A stretch of 64,000 nt of DNA, taken from contig CM060734.1 of assembly GCA_030704615.1 (NCBI GenBank), positions 1,240,001-1,304,000 on the forward strand, read 5' to 3'. The position numbers and the translations under genes are program-made. This document shows positions 1-12,939 of this stretch, piece after piece. Source of the DNA: Takakia lepidozioides (Eukaryota > Plantae > Bryophyta). Each line of letters begins with the position of its first letter. The first letter of the stretch is position 1. The notes beneath the pieces were generated by a model. The model searched no databases. It was not told where the DNA came from and saw only the letters and a list, made by a program, of their open reading frames with translations.

Positions 1-96
1 GTCAATCAGACTCTACCCAAATCAAAGCCTTCACAAGAAAGCATGGTACAGGTTTCTGGGTTTCCCATGACCCAATTTTCTAAGCTCCATTCTCTC

Positions 97-468
97 TCTG
101 AAGACAGTATTCACTTTCTGATACACTGTCCGGGGTTCTCTCACCAAAGAGACGCTCTCTTCAACTCTATCAAGGGAATTGTGCCTGTTCCCCTGTTTAA
201 CAATTTTGAAAGTCTCGAGGCTGAGCGAAAAGCCCAGGCCCTCCTGAGGCCTAGTTTTTGGGCAAATCACACACAGCAGATTGATGCTTGTGTGAAGGGA
301 TTTCTAGAGGATATCTGGAAAACCCGGATTAATTCTATATAGGATGGTAAGTCACACTACCAACGTCAGCCCCTGACAGAGGTAGGTTCTGTCCCTTTTG
401 TTCCCGCTCAAACTGGGCGCGGGGTCAATGGCCACAAGGCTACGGCAAACAACGTCTTATGAGTACAA
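97..468 (+). mobile_element. 5'-truncated LINE copy (3' end only), in a KEA intron
   Basis: Near-identical to the 3' end of 1481-2279. Starts after (TC)n at 91-98 and ends ...GTCTTATGAGTACAA followed by TCTCTC. Confidence 0.85.
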
Positions 469-482
469 TCTCTCTGCCCTCC

Positions 483-736
483 TCGAGGCTGAGCCAAAAG
501 CCCAGGCCCTTCTGAGGCCTAGTTTTTGGGCAAATCACACACAGCAGATTGTTGCTTGTGTGAAGGGATTTCTAGAGGATATCTGGAGAACCCGAATCAA
601 TTCTATGTATAAAGGTAAGTCTTACTACCAATGTCAGCCCCTGACAGAGGTAGGTTCTGTCCCTTTGGTTTCCGCTCAAACTCGGCGCGGGGTCAATGGC
701 CACAAGGCTATGGCAAACAACGTCTTATGAGTACAT
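483..736 (+). mobile_element. 5'-truncated LINE copy with a 14-bp target-site duplication
   Basis: Same 3' end as the other copies; flanked by TCTCTCTGCCCTCC at 469-482 and 737-750. Confidence 0.85.
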
Positions 737-836
737 TCTCTCTGCCCTCCCACACTCGTTGAATCATCTTCATTCAGGAAATATTTAGTAAATGGAAATA
801 TATTTCCTGATAATGGGGCATGGATTTTTTGTGCAG

Positions 837-3800
837 ACCGATGATTTGCAGGATCACATGATTATTTGTGGCTTCGGTCGAGTTGGCCAGGTCTGTCCAC
901 CCTTACTTTACTTTCTCTTTCAAGATTTCAAAGAACTAGTAAGAATTTCTGTGTCATCAATGTTTTTCAGGGAGTGAGTCTAGTTGAATTTGTCTTGTCG
1001 TTGTGCAGATCATCGCCCAGCTTTTATCAGAGAGATTAATACCATTTGTTGCACTAGACGTGCGAAGGTATGTCCAATCAACTCACAGCAAGTCTATTGG
1101 TACTAAGTTGTGGACTCCAACTACACTCATGGTTTTGAGGATTCACAAGGGACAGTTTTGTATCCATTTAACCTAACTTCTAGCCTACTTTTGTGGAAGC
1201 AACAGGCTGGAGAGGCAAAATAGTTGCGGAGTATGCAGCAATGGATGGCTTGGCTTTTCTTCGTCTTATTTAGAGATCACCAGAATTGCTTTTGCAATCC
1301 AAAATTGGGTCACCTAGCATCTATACATTTAGAAGGGTGAGATAGTACAAACAACATTTGTAACAATTATGGTGTTGACGTGGACAGTGAGCGCGTGAGT
1401 TTGGGACGGGCTTTGGACTTGCCTGTCTATTTTGGTGATGCTGGCAGCCGAGAGGTACATCTCTCTCTCTCTCTCTCTCTGCAACATATGCCCAACACCA
1501 GATATCCTAAATTAATCGACTCTATATCTTGGAAACAGGACCGCCCTGTCAAACAGGCTAAGTCCTGGCAGAAGAGAGTAGAAGAGATCCTCAAGGACCT
1601 GGACCTGGATCCGCAAGTCTTGACCCTGCTGGATAAATCTGACTTAGAGGCTGTAGTGTCCTCAGCCATGTCTGTTGCCATGAGATTGTCTGATGAAAAT
1701 GAAGTTAGGCAGAAAACTTCCCTGAACTTGTTTCCAGTCTGTGACATGGGGGAGGACATCTTGGATGACCTCAAGGGTCTACCCACTCTCGGCACTAGAC
1801 TGAAATTTAAACTCAGGGCAGGAAGCCTACCTTTGAACAGCAAACAGAAGCAGAGAGGAAAGGGAGAGTGCAATTGCCCGTTGTGTGGGCAATCTGAAGA
1901 CAGTATTCATTTTCTGATACACTGTCCGGGGTTCTCTCACCAAAGAGACGCTCTCTTCAAATCTATTAAGGGAATTGTGCCTGTACCCCTGTTTACCAAC
2001 TTTGAAAGTCTCGAGGCTGAGCCAAAAGCCCAGGCCCTCCTGAGGCCTAGTTTTTGGGCAAATCACACACAGCAGATTGATGCTTGTGTGAAGGGATTTC
2101 TAGAGGATATCTGGAAAACCCGGATTAATTCTTTATATGAAGGTAAGTCTTACTACCAATGTCAGCCCCTGACAGAGGTAGGTTCTGTCCCTTTTGTTCC
2201 CGCTCAAACTGGGCGCGGGGTCAATGGCCACAAGGCTACGGCAAACAACGTCTTATGAGTACAATCTCTCTCTCTCTCTTGGACCAAATTTCTCCGTCCT
2301 CTAGGAAGCCTATTCCATTGGGTACTTGATACGGGAGTACATAAATGTCTTTGTGACTGATTGCCGGCCTTGTGACCGCGTGTCTTTGTTTGTTTTGACC
2401 TGAAGCGCTTTGCTTCAGGTAAGGTAGTGCATTGGATTTAGTTGGAGAGTTTGGAGCCTCTCCCTCCTTAGAATATGCCTACGCAGGCCATTCCCTGCAG
2501 CTCCCTGGAGTGTGATCTCTGAATGGTAACAAGCGGACCCCTACCGCTTGGGGGCAGCCTTTCCGCCCAAACTGGGCAGTTGTATGCTCTGTCTAGCATA
2601 CTCGGCCCTTGGACTAGGGTAGGTCCTTGTGCTTAAACTTATAGCCTGCAAATTCTACCAATACATTACCTCTTATCAAAAACAACACTCCCCAGGGTGC
2701 TTCCTGGGAATTGGTTATGCCAAATCTAGGGCTTCATGTGTAGTTTTTGGTGTGAATCCCAGGATGGACGATGTGTCCCTTAAAACTACATGCTCCAGCG
2801 TGGGCTTGGATTATATGGCTAATGGTTCCATCTCGAGACTTGATAACAGAGGTACTTTGAAGGTTGCAATGCCCAAAAATGCTACAAATGATTCAATGAG
2901 GGGCTCTAGGAGGTTTCTAACCCGTTTGATGCACTGGATGAGGTTGATTCCAAGCAGTCAGACAGACAAACTGACCCTAAGAGTGCTGAGCCTGAGCGTC
3001 GTGTGACGGAAGCATTTGGTACTCTGAGTGGTATACCAATCCTTAAATTTTACACAAGACGAGCAAAATCTACACACGGGGTAATGTCCCCCCTTTGCAG
3101 AACGGCCGTCCAGGAGCAACCATAGGCTACCTAGACGACAAACAATTCATATGCAAAGGGCTGGCTTGCGGCTGGGCACTCTCAATTTCTCAGGGCTGAC
3201 GAACCAAAGGAAACAATTCGAAGTGGGACAAGTTCTTCGGGCAAATGATATTCATATCTGTGCTGGGCAAGAGACATGGGAAACTTCGGACAAACTGGTT
3301 GGAGATGTCAATGGTTATAAGTGGATCGGTAAGATGTGCGCTCTTAAGGCGGCCTCTGCCAAACACGGTCAAAAAGGGGTTGGCTTCTGTCTGTGATTTC
3401 TTGTGTGACAATTGTGAAATTATCAACAAGGGTTTGCGGTATGAGCACAGTATCTGGCTAAAACTGAAATTGAAGGGCGGCGTGAAGACGAAGGACCTAT
3501 TTGTGGGCTGTGTTTACATTCCCACAGAGGGGACCCTTAGTGCTGAAGCAGACAAAGCCTCCGAAGACGTAAAGCTGGACTGTGCTAAGTTCCTCGCCAA
3601 AGGTCAGGTGGTCTTATTGGGTAACTTCAATGCCTGGGTGGGCAAAGGTCTTCATCAGGATGATACCATTGGGCCTTTTGGTGAGGACAAGCTGAATTCT
3701 AATGGTAGACGGTCAATAACCTGTCTGGACTGGAAGAACTGTCTGGACTGTGCTAAGTTCCTCGCCAAAGGTCAGGTGGTCTTATTGGGTGACTTCAATG

Positions 3801-6800
3801 CCTGGGTGGGCAAAGCTCTTCATCAGGATGATACCATTCGGCCTTTTGGTGAGGACGAGCTAAATTCTAATGGTAGACGGTCAACAAACTGTCTGGAAGA
3901 ACTTCAGCTTTTGACCTTGAATAATAGGTCAAAAGGAGACCAAGTGCAGTGAACTCGTGAGAAAGCCCAAACTGGGGAACATTCCATTGTGGATTATATC
4001 ATAATGGACAAAAATTTGTTTCCCAGAGTGCCTATGTGTTGATCGACAGAACTGATATTGGTACCTCTGACCTCTTCCTGGTTTGGTCTGAGATCGAAAG
4101 GTGTTTTCCCAACACCAAGAGATCTGTGAAATGTTCAATTCGGAAGTGGCGCATAGAAAACTTCCAAAATGAAGAGGTCAAGCAATGCTGAGTATGTCCA
4201 GGCCTTGCAAGAGGCTCTCCCTCATTTTGTCCATTCGCTCCAAGACCGTCAGTCTCGCTCTGGCAATGCAAGAAATGAAGTCGAAAGTGGATTCTTGGGA
4301 GAGTTTTGTCTCCTCTGGCTGACAAGATCATTGGGAGGAAACTAATTGTCTGCAGTAGAGCTGTTAATTGATGGACCAATAAGATTAAACTAAAGATAGC
4401 TGAGAGACGAGTCCTCTGTAAAGAGTGATGCAATTTGAATACCAACAAAGTATTGTGGGCTAGGTACTACCAGATCCGCAAAGATATCAATCAGCTTGTA
4501 AGGTCTCAGAAGAAATTATACTGGGACAAGCTATACAGTGAAATAAACTCAAACCACCATGGTGGTAATGACAAGAGATTCTGGTTGGCCCTTCAATGTT
4601 TGTACAAGCCGAAAAACTGTCAGCAAGTACAAGCGCTGAGGACTACTAAGGGTGTAGTGGTGACTTCAACGGTTGACATTGTCGAAACCTTTGGAACCCA
4701 CTACAGTATCCTTGGCAGAATTTCTAGGTCTAACAGTGAGGGGTCCGCTGAAGAATGGAAGGACACAGTTGGAATAACTGTTCCTATGATTCAAGACAGC
4801 CCTGATGAACTGGAGTATATTTCAGAGGCTTGCAACGCTCCCATTAGTTCTTCTAAGAGTACGGAAGCAATTGAGCATTTAAACGGATATAAAGCTGGTG
4901 GACCTGATGGCATAGTCAACAAGCTTATCAAGCATGATAGAGGCCCTTGTACTTCTCTTTAACCTTATCTGGAGGACTGAAATTATTCCCTTTCGCTGGC
5001 GACAGGAAGGGTGACAGAGAAGAACCGGGGAACTACGGAGGCATCACGCCCCGCAATGTAGTTGAAGATATTTTGCGGAGTTAGAAGTACTCGTCTCAAG
5101 GTTGATCTGGACCCTAGAGGTTGTTTCCCAGGACGTCCGCCAAGAAGGACAGGGCTATGGACAAGCCTACGGACCAGCCTACAGGCAAGGATATGGAAAT
5201 GAAATGAAATGAAATGGTGCTTTATAACGTCCGCTTTTTTCCTTTTATTATAACGTCCGCCAAGTAAGAAAGAAAGAAAAAAAAAAGGGAAACCCACTTT
5301 TGTATTTTTCTTGGATGTCAAAAAGGCTTATGAAGAGACAGTCTATGGCTCCGACTCTGGTCATGTGGGATCAAGGGAAAGATGTGGAGAGTGGTCCATA
5401 ACTTGTATGCTCACACCAAAAGTTGTGTCACTGTTAATGGACCGAAGTCTAACTTCTTTGACATAGACCAAGGTGTAGCTCAAGGATGTACCCTCTCCCC
5501 TCTGCTCTTCAATGTTTTCATCAATCAACTCCTCGAGGATGTGGAAAGTGAGGGATTTGGGTTAAGGGTGGGTGATGCCCCATACCAGCCCTTATGTTTG
5601 CGGATGACTTCGCAGGCATAGGGGAGACTCCTTCCAGTCTCCAGGAGTTGATTGATTGTGCGAAGAGATACTTTGACCTTTGGGGGCTAGAGGCTAACGT
5701 CAGTAAATGTGCAGTGGTGGCATTCAACGACCGAGGGGAGGGAGGAGGTGATCTCAAGTGGCAGTGGGGAAGCCAAGAGATTCCGGTCCTCCCTTCCTAC
5801 ACATACCTGGGCGTTGAGTTTTCCTCCAACTGTAATTGGTATGCACATATTCAGAAAGTTGTGCAAACTGGGAAGTGCAAAGCGCTTGGTCTCACTAAAT
5901 TTTCCACTGCAGAGGGATCAACAGCCAATGAGGCTGTTCGGGGTGAGTTTGGCATCCCTTCCTTAAGCTCCCGACGAGATGAATTCCAGGTCAGACGGTG
6001 GGGTCAGCTGCAACATATGTCCAACATCAGATATCCTAAGTTAATCAACTCTATATCTTGGAAGCAGGATTGCCCTGTCAAACAGGCTAAGTCCTGGCGG
6101 AAGAGAGTAGAAGAGATTCTCAAGGATCTGAAAGTTAGCCCGCAAGTCTTGACCCTGCTGGATAAATCTGACTTAGAGGCTGTGTCTGTGGCCAGGAAAT
6201 TGTCTGATGAAAGTGAAGTTAGGCAAAAAATCCCTGAACTTGTTGCCAGTCTTTCACATGGGGGAGGACATCATGGATGACCTCAAGGGTCTACCCACTC
6301 TCGGCACTAGACTGAAATTTAAACTCAGGGCGGGAAGCCTACCTTTGAACAGCAAACAGAAGCAGAGAGGAAAGGGAGAGTGCAATTGCCCGTTGCAACT
6401 TGAAGACAATATTCATTTCCTGATTCATTGTCCGAGGTTCTCTCACCAGAGAGACGCTCTCCTTAAATTTATCAAGGGAATTGTGCCTGTACCTCTGTTT
6501 ACCAACTTTGAAAGTCTCGAGGCTGAGCCAAAAGCCCAGGCCCTTTCGGGGCCTAGTTATTGGCCAAACTACACAGCAGGTTGATGCTTGTGTAAAGGGA
6601 TTTCTCGAGGATATCTGGAAAACTCGGATCAATTGTGTATTCCAAGGTAAGTTTTACTACCGGCAACAGCCCCTGACAAAGGTAGGTTCCCTCCCTTTGT
6701 GTTCCGCTCAAACTGGGCGCGGGGTCAATGACCACAAGGCTACGGTAAACAGCGTCTTATGAGTTCATTCTCTTTGACCAAATAATTATACCCCACCAGT

Positions 6801-9188
6801 GTGAAGTCTCCTAATTTGATTTTACCAGCCACCTCACATGAAGGATCCATACTATGCAACCCTGTTCTGTAGCTCCATTGGTATTTCATGACGCTATAAA
6901 ATTGGTTTTGATATGCTACCAAGGCTTGCCACTTTAGCATAGGCAGAAAGTATGTTGTTCATATTATCTTCTCACTCAATTTCACTTTTAAGACTTGCTT
7001 CTTGTCAGAAAAGTGAACATAGTCAGGAATTGTGAAAACTGCTGATAAAAGTTGCTACTTGACATTGGGCTGGCAGGTGCTACACAAAGTAGGGGCCGAA
7101 AGAGCGGCAGCAGCAGTGATAGCACTGGACACCCCAGGAGCAAATTACCGCACTGTTTGGGCTCTGAGCAAGCACTTCCCGCATGTGAAAACCTTTGTGC
7201 GTGCGCATGATGTAGACCACGGCATGAACCTGGAAAAGGCTGGCGCTACAGCGGTAAGGGTTTCTCCCTCCACGGTCGTGGCTGTTTTCTGTAAGATATT
7301 GTGTATGTGTGCTCAGCACTGTCTAGACCTTGGAGTTGTTTTCTGGCAGGTGTTTATGCACCAACGTTTTGGGCTATTGTAGTTGATTGCTAGGGTACTT
7401 GCACATTGATCTTATTGGCTCATGCCTGGCTCTTAACAGTCAAAATCATGGGACCGTCTACGAGGCCATTTTCTATAACTTTTCTCCAGTTTTAAAATAC
7501 TTCGTTCAGAGTGACTCCCATGCTTGTGTTCTCTTCTGCAACTGTGAAAATGTGGATGCCCTAGTACCAGACCAGGTCCAAGGTCTTTTATGAAACGCAG
7601 GCACTTGCACGTATCTACATTTACTGCATAGTTCCAAACTACCAGTTTCTTATGTATCCTGCCATGAGCGGGAATGATTTCTTAAAGTCTTGTCCACCTG
7701 AAAGGCCGCTAATACATTCCTCATGCCCAGTTAGGTGAATGGCTTTCCTTAGTGATCAATTTTGACAGCTGGGTCAGCTGCATAGGATGGACTCCCTATT
7801 TGTAGTGCCCTTTCTACTGGGCTATTTTTCGTTCATTAATGAGACAGAAATATTGAGAGGGGCATATTGAACTTTCAGGTTGTACCAGAAACGTTGGAGC
7901 CCAGTTTGCAGCTTGCAGCTGCAGTTCTTGCTCAGGTACTGGTTTTTTACTTCAAAATTTGCCAAGTTTTCTTCTTGGTAGTGAATCCTAGACATGACAG
8001 GGATATTCATTGTGCCCTTTTCACTTAGCCCCCTGTTAGGATCTGATGGAATGCCCTTGTACCTACCCCTTGTACACTGAGTTCAAATTTTGAGGACTTG
8101 TCTTGAAAGCTCACATCTATGGGTCTTGTTGTAGGCAAAGTTGCCAGCACATGAGATTGCAGCGACAATTGATGATTTCCGCACTCGTCACCTGTCCGAG
8201 CTTACGGAGGTATTGTCCTTGCGTGCAACAACTCACATTTATCTCCGTTTCTGTCCCTGGCCTCCTCCTCTCTCTACACATATTGTCTTCATGCACAATG
8301 CTAATTTGAGCTTGGGTCATACTTAAGTGGAGGTAATAGTGGGCTCCCTTTCTTGCTCCTCACCCTCTTTACTGCTTCGCTTCTTTGGTGGCACTGTGTC
8401 CACAACGCTAAGAATTTCTTTGACAGAATTTACTGCCTCGTCTCCAAGCAGAGGGGCAAGATCCAAGATCAAAGTATCTTAGAAAACTTCCTCATCTAGT
8501 AAATTACTTAGCAAAAGTACAAAAGAGAAGCCTGGCCAGACTTCAAATATTCAATGTACTTCAGAGTTAAATGTGGAAGAATGATGGTCCTCACTCCCCT
8601 ATGAGCACCAAAGCCCGCTGAACCAGCCAGGCCACTGAAAGTGGTAGCAGGTTCTTAAAACTTAAGACTTCTAACCTTCATTTTGGGGTCAGGATCCTCC
8701 ACCTCAACCCTCCTGGAGTACTTGTGTCAGGTTTCCTCCTTCCAGGGCACCCCTCTCTCTCTCTCCGTCCAAACTGGGAATGTGGTCTGCCCACAAGGCT
8801 ATGGCAAACATCATCTCATGGGTACATTCTCTCTCAATATCTGTACACGAAGGTAAGCCCCGTTACTGGAGTGAGCCCCTCACAAAGGTCCCTCTTGTTC
8901 TGCCCAAACTGGGTATGGCCACAAGGCTATTACGATTAGTACATTCTCTCAATCTCTCTGGCTTGAGTTGATGGAGTAAATTATTTCTGCTTCTCCTCTC
9001 TTGAAATAAAACATCGGGATGTCAATGTGCAGCTGTCGGAGGCAAGTGGAACGTCACTGGGTTACGGTTTCTCTCGCATCATAGAAAAACCAAAGCTACT
9101 CCCAACAGAAAATTTGACCAAAGCCAAGGCAGATGAGGATGGGACAACTGAGCGGAGACCAGAGGGAAGTGTTTTAGCTGTTCCCTAG
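837..9188 (+). CDS. KEA2: 3' part of plastid K+ efflux antiporter, KEA1/KEA2 type (C-terminal KTN/TrkA-N domain). Exons 837-890, 1009-1067, 1388-1454, 7077-7253, 7879-7935, 8135-8209, 9033-9188 (stop). 5' exons lie upstream of the window
   Basis: GT-AG exons splice in frame to TDDLQDHMIICGFGRVGQ|IIAQLLSERLIPFVALDVRS|ERVSLGRALDLPVYFGDAGSRE|VLHKVGAERAAAAVIALDTPGANYRTVWALSKHFPHVKTFVRAHDVDHGMNLEKAGATA|VVPETLEPSLQLAAAVLAQ|AKLPAHEIAATIDDFRTRHLSELTE|LSEASGTSLGYGFSR...AVP*. This closely matches the plant KEA1/2 C-terminus as recalled; KEA1 and KEA2 cannot be told apart here. Confidence 0.93.
1481..2279 (+). mobile_element. 5'-truncated LINE (ORF2 C-terminus with CCHC finger) inserted in a (CT)n tract
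   Basis: Encodes CPLCGQSEDSIHFLIHC...NNVL*. Preceded by (CT)10 at 1461-1480, followed by (TC)n, and colinear with 6010-6775. Confidence 0.88.
2281..6775 (+). mobile_element. Near-full-length degenerate LINE (APE endonuclease + RT + C-terminal CCHC), RTE-X-like
   Basis: APE motifs GTLNFSGL, GQETW, VVLLGDFNAWVG, IVDYII. RT motifs GPDGIVNKLIK, QGVAQGCTLSPLLFNVFI, MFADD, YTYLGVEF. Many frameshifts and stops, plus an internal duplication at about 3575-3897. The clade assignment is inference. Confidence 0.88.
8752..8951 (+). mobile_element. Two old, degenerate 3'-end fragments of the same LINE family
   Basis: CAAACTGGG...CCACAAGGCTA...GTACATTCTCTC occurs twice, after a (CT)n tract. Confidence 0.65.
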
Positions 9189-10859
9189 CCAGCAGGCTCC
9201 CAGGTGGCCACCTCAAGTGGTGCAAGATACATCAAAGGCATTTTTCCGCGTGAGGGGTTTGAAGGTGATTCGAGGCAAGTGGAAAGAAGATATTTGTGGA
9301 ATCAACATATAATCTTCGGGGATGTATTGGAGTAGTTGCTTGAGGTTATGGCAGCTTCTAAGTGTTCAGAAGAGATGTGAAAAGTGAATTTTAGCCATTA
9401 CAAGGGTCAGAAAGAAGACCCGGAAGGCTTAACATAGTTTTGCCCGTTCGAGTAGAAACTGAGACCTATCTATGACAGGGTCAGATTAACGAGATGACAA
9501 GGTTTCTGCCCTCAGCTCCAAAAGTGGAAGACCTGAGGGCCTTCCCTGTGATGCAATCTGCTTGAGAAAACTGTTTCAGTTTCCAGGCAACGTACCACCT
9601 TAATGCTGAAAAGATGTCCTCCAGACTTTTTGGTAGCCATTCTTTGTAGGTCATTAAGGACAAGAAATGAGACTTGATTTGTGCAGCTGAGCCATGTCTG
9701 TGTGACGCCTTCCACCACTGGCTTTGTACAATTTTATCCATACAAAAAGATGGAAAATTCGTATAGGGTTAGGTAGAGGGTGTTTTCGAAGGGGAGAACT
9801 GCCTCCTGGTGGGGCTCATTTTGGTAATCCCCTCCACTCGGAGGCTTACCTTGCGTGAAGAATGCACGGGGAACTTCACTGGGCAGCCTTTAATGCACTG
9901 GCCAGCCTGGCGCGTAAATTATAGGATTCTGATCACTGCGATAGCCTTGGATGGTGGATTCACAGGTTTAAGTTCACCGGTTTCGAAAGCTGAAAGTTCT
10001 TTACAGGTGGGTAAGCCTCCCAGATGACACCCCATATGCCAGACTTTACCTTGCGTAAGGAATGGGTGGCTCCCCCTGATTTGAGGAAAAAATAGCTAAT
10101 TTGGGGATCTTACAAGTGCAAGGTCTCACTACAGGCTAGGTCCAGGCTATACGTCCAGCCTGTTGTTACGCCTGTAAGATCCCGGTAAGATCCCTGTTGT
10201 GACGGCCTCCCAGAGCGACCCAAACTTGACCCAAACTTGCCCTGAAAAACGACGGCAAAAAATCAATCGATTTTTACACATGAAATAGTTGGAATTCTGC
10301 AACATCTGTCCAGAGAAGAGTGAGGCAAGATATATGGCTGGCTCCTCTTTATTCGGAAAGATTGGAGCTGCACGAAGGGCATTTGTTGCCTAGTGTGCTA
10401 TTGAAATCTTTGGCTGTTTTGCAGTGTAATTTACCTTTTGAGAAAATGGGAAAGACACTTAAGACCAGAAACCAGGTATTTTTGGGAACTAATTTGATTT
10501 ATATTCCCAAGTGATCCCCAGATTTGGCAACTTTTGGGGACCTGGCTATGAAGGCAGAGATTACCCAATTCAGTTTGTTGGCTCCTCCCTAAGGAGAGAC
10601 CACGCATTGATTGTTTTCTCCTGATGTACCTTCCCCAGTTCATACCTATCTATCAAGATCATGCCTTCAACAATAAATAGCCATTTTCAGTATGCTCTAG
10701 ATTTTCATCCCTCTATTCTTACCCATTCATTCATAACTTGGTGAGAGCTAATTTCATTATATTCAGTTCTTTTCAGATTTACTAGGGTAGCTTGTGATGT
10801 TGGCCCAAGTGTTTAAGTCTGATAAGTCTAAGTCGACGACCAAATTTGGACTCAAGACC

Positions 10860-11125
10860 TTTTCCTTGATATCTCTCCTGCCGAGGCTCCAATCATTGTC
10901 CAAGGAAAGTCCACTTTGCTATTTTTTGTGAATTTCCAGTGACCAAAAGTACTTGAAATTCCACATCTCCCACACCGCAGGTCCAAAAATTCCGAGACCA
11001 AGCCCGTGCACCCCTCCTCATCGAGGGCTTTCCAATGGTATCAAGCATCAGGGCTGGGCCTCCCGGTTTCCGGTTTGGGACATCTCAATGTGACAAAACA
11101 AAACAACAAAATAAACAAACTAACT
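10860..11125. repeat. Probable non-autonomous interspersed repeat ending in an A/C-rich tail
   Basis: CATCGAGGGCTTTCCAATGG...CCGGTTTGGGACATCTCAATGTGACAAAACAAAACAACAAAATAAACAAAC. Resembles a repeat recalled from moss genomes; not verified. Confidence 0.3.
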
Positions 11126-12939
11126 AAAGCCTGTGCCGTTGACCAGCCCCGTTGACAGCTGCAGCCGGAGGAGTCGTCCGCCCCCCGAGGCCAGTCCCCT
11201 CCCTCTTTTCCCCGTCTTGGATGCGCCAGGGGTCGGCTCAGCCAGCTTTCATATTCGGGAGGTTGTTGCTGAGCCGGATGCTCAATTGAGCACACCCCCA
11301 GCCACCAAGACGGGTGAAATGTACCTTGGCAAGCGCATCACCCGTTCGGGGGCCCGGTATGGGCAACTCTTGAATGTCACCCCTATAGCGACCCCTTCCT
11401 CCACAACGAAGGCTGCACTTGCCAAGGCCCAAGGTCAGGTTCAAGGGCCTTTGGAAGTGGTCGTTCCTGCTCAGTGGATCCACCGACTCAGTGGTGTTGA
11501 GGCAAATTATTATTTTGCATGTTGTTTAGTAGCCGGCTTTCACTCTGACAGATGCTTGAGAATTCTATCCCGTTGCTGCCAGATCACAGAATGTCGGACA
11601 GAAGATTCTGACAGACGAGAATTGCAGCCGACTTTGCAGATGCTACATCCAAAGTGACTGCGCTGTGGGTTGAACCCCTTATGTCAAACATAGATGTGTG
11701 GCATGCCTGTATTTAAGTGTCTTGCACGGGCAACAGGTGTCGAGTTCTCTGCGAGACAGCCCGCAAGCATCTCGCCGCAAAACAAAAACCCCAATTATGA
11801 GCCGTTACGTTTTTGGTTGATTTGTCATTCGTTGAGAGGGATGAATGAAAACCTAACCGCCATCCACATGTGCCATTTACCAGAGGGATGTAGAAAGCTA
11901 GGAGGCCGTTGAATTTGTCTGAGGGAGAGAGCGACCGTGAGGGGAAGGGATCTGTGGGCGAAGGGATGGAGAGTCGGGCAAGTAAGGAGCCCATTCTGGA
12001 CAAGCAGCTCGAGGAGCTGTTGGGGCTCCCTCTGTTGCAAGTGATACAGGAGGAGGAAGGCGAAAGGGAGAGCGGTGCTCTTGCGGAGGAGGAGGCAACG
12101 CATCAAAGTCCGCAGAGGGGCTTGGCGACAAGGGGGCGGCCCTACTCCATGAAACTGTCTTTGCGCCCGTTGAAGGAGAAAGCTCAAGCAGAAAGCAACA
12201 TCGGGTTGGGAGAGGATGAAACTTCCAGCGGTGGACAGAGTTTGATCCAGGTGAGTAGAGCAGCGCCTTGGCTTCAGATCACCTTGTTCCCTCAATCGTA
12301 GCGATAATAAGAGCAGTAAGAAACGTAGATGCGAGCACGTTTTAAGATGGTGTTGACGATAGCTTAAAACGGCATCGCATCCTGTCCGCCATTGCATGCT
12401 TAAGGGTATCGAACAAGCATATGAGAACAGGGTGATTGACGACAGCTTAATCTGCCACCTCTGTGAGACATTGTGCTTGGTTCCAGGGATGTACTCTTGT
12501 TTGTTACTCGCCTAATGCTGTTTGAGGATGAGTGTAGTCGCCTGCAATGTGTACATGATTAAGATGGCGTTGACGATACCTTAATTTGGGCCTGAAATTG
12601 TTACCTTGATTATGCTTTTTGGCAGAGAAAGCGGAAGAAAGATTGGAGAGTCAGCGTCAGTTTTCATCCTGGGATCCTGCAGTTGAGCATCAGACCATGT
12701 CAGACCAAGGTCATGTCGCCCAGGAGGAGGTGCAGATATTGCAGTCTCCACAGCAGGTTGTAGCCATTGAGGAGCACCAAAAAAACACACAGGTGTCTTC
12801 GTAAGCTGTGAAGGAGAAGAGTCAGGCGCAAGGCAGAAGGCGAGGAGGAGGTGGTGGGTCTTCCAGCGGAGGAAAGAAGCTTGAGAAGGTTAGTTCATCC
12901 ATTCAAATCCATGTTTCAGCTTGCAACACAAGAGAGGTA

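Noticed and set aside
1380-2258. 292-aa ORF as a standalone gene
   Set aside because: It is a KEA exon running through a splice donor into a LINE fragment
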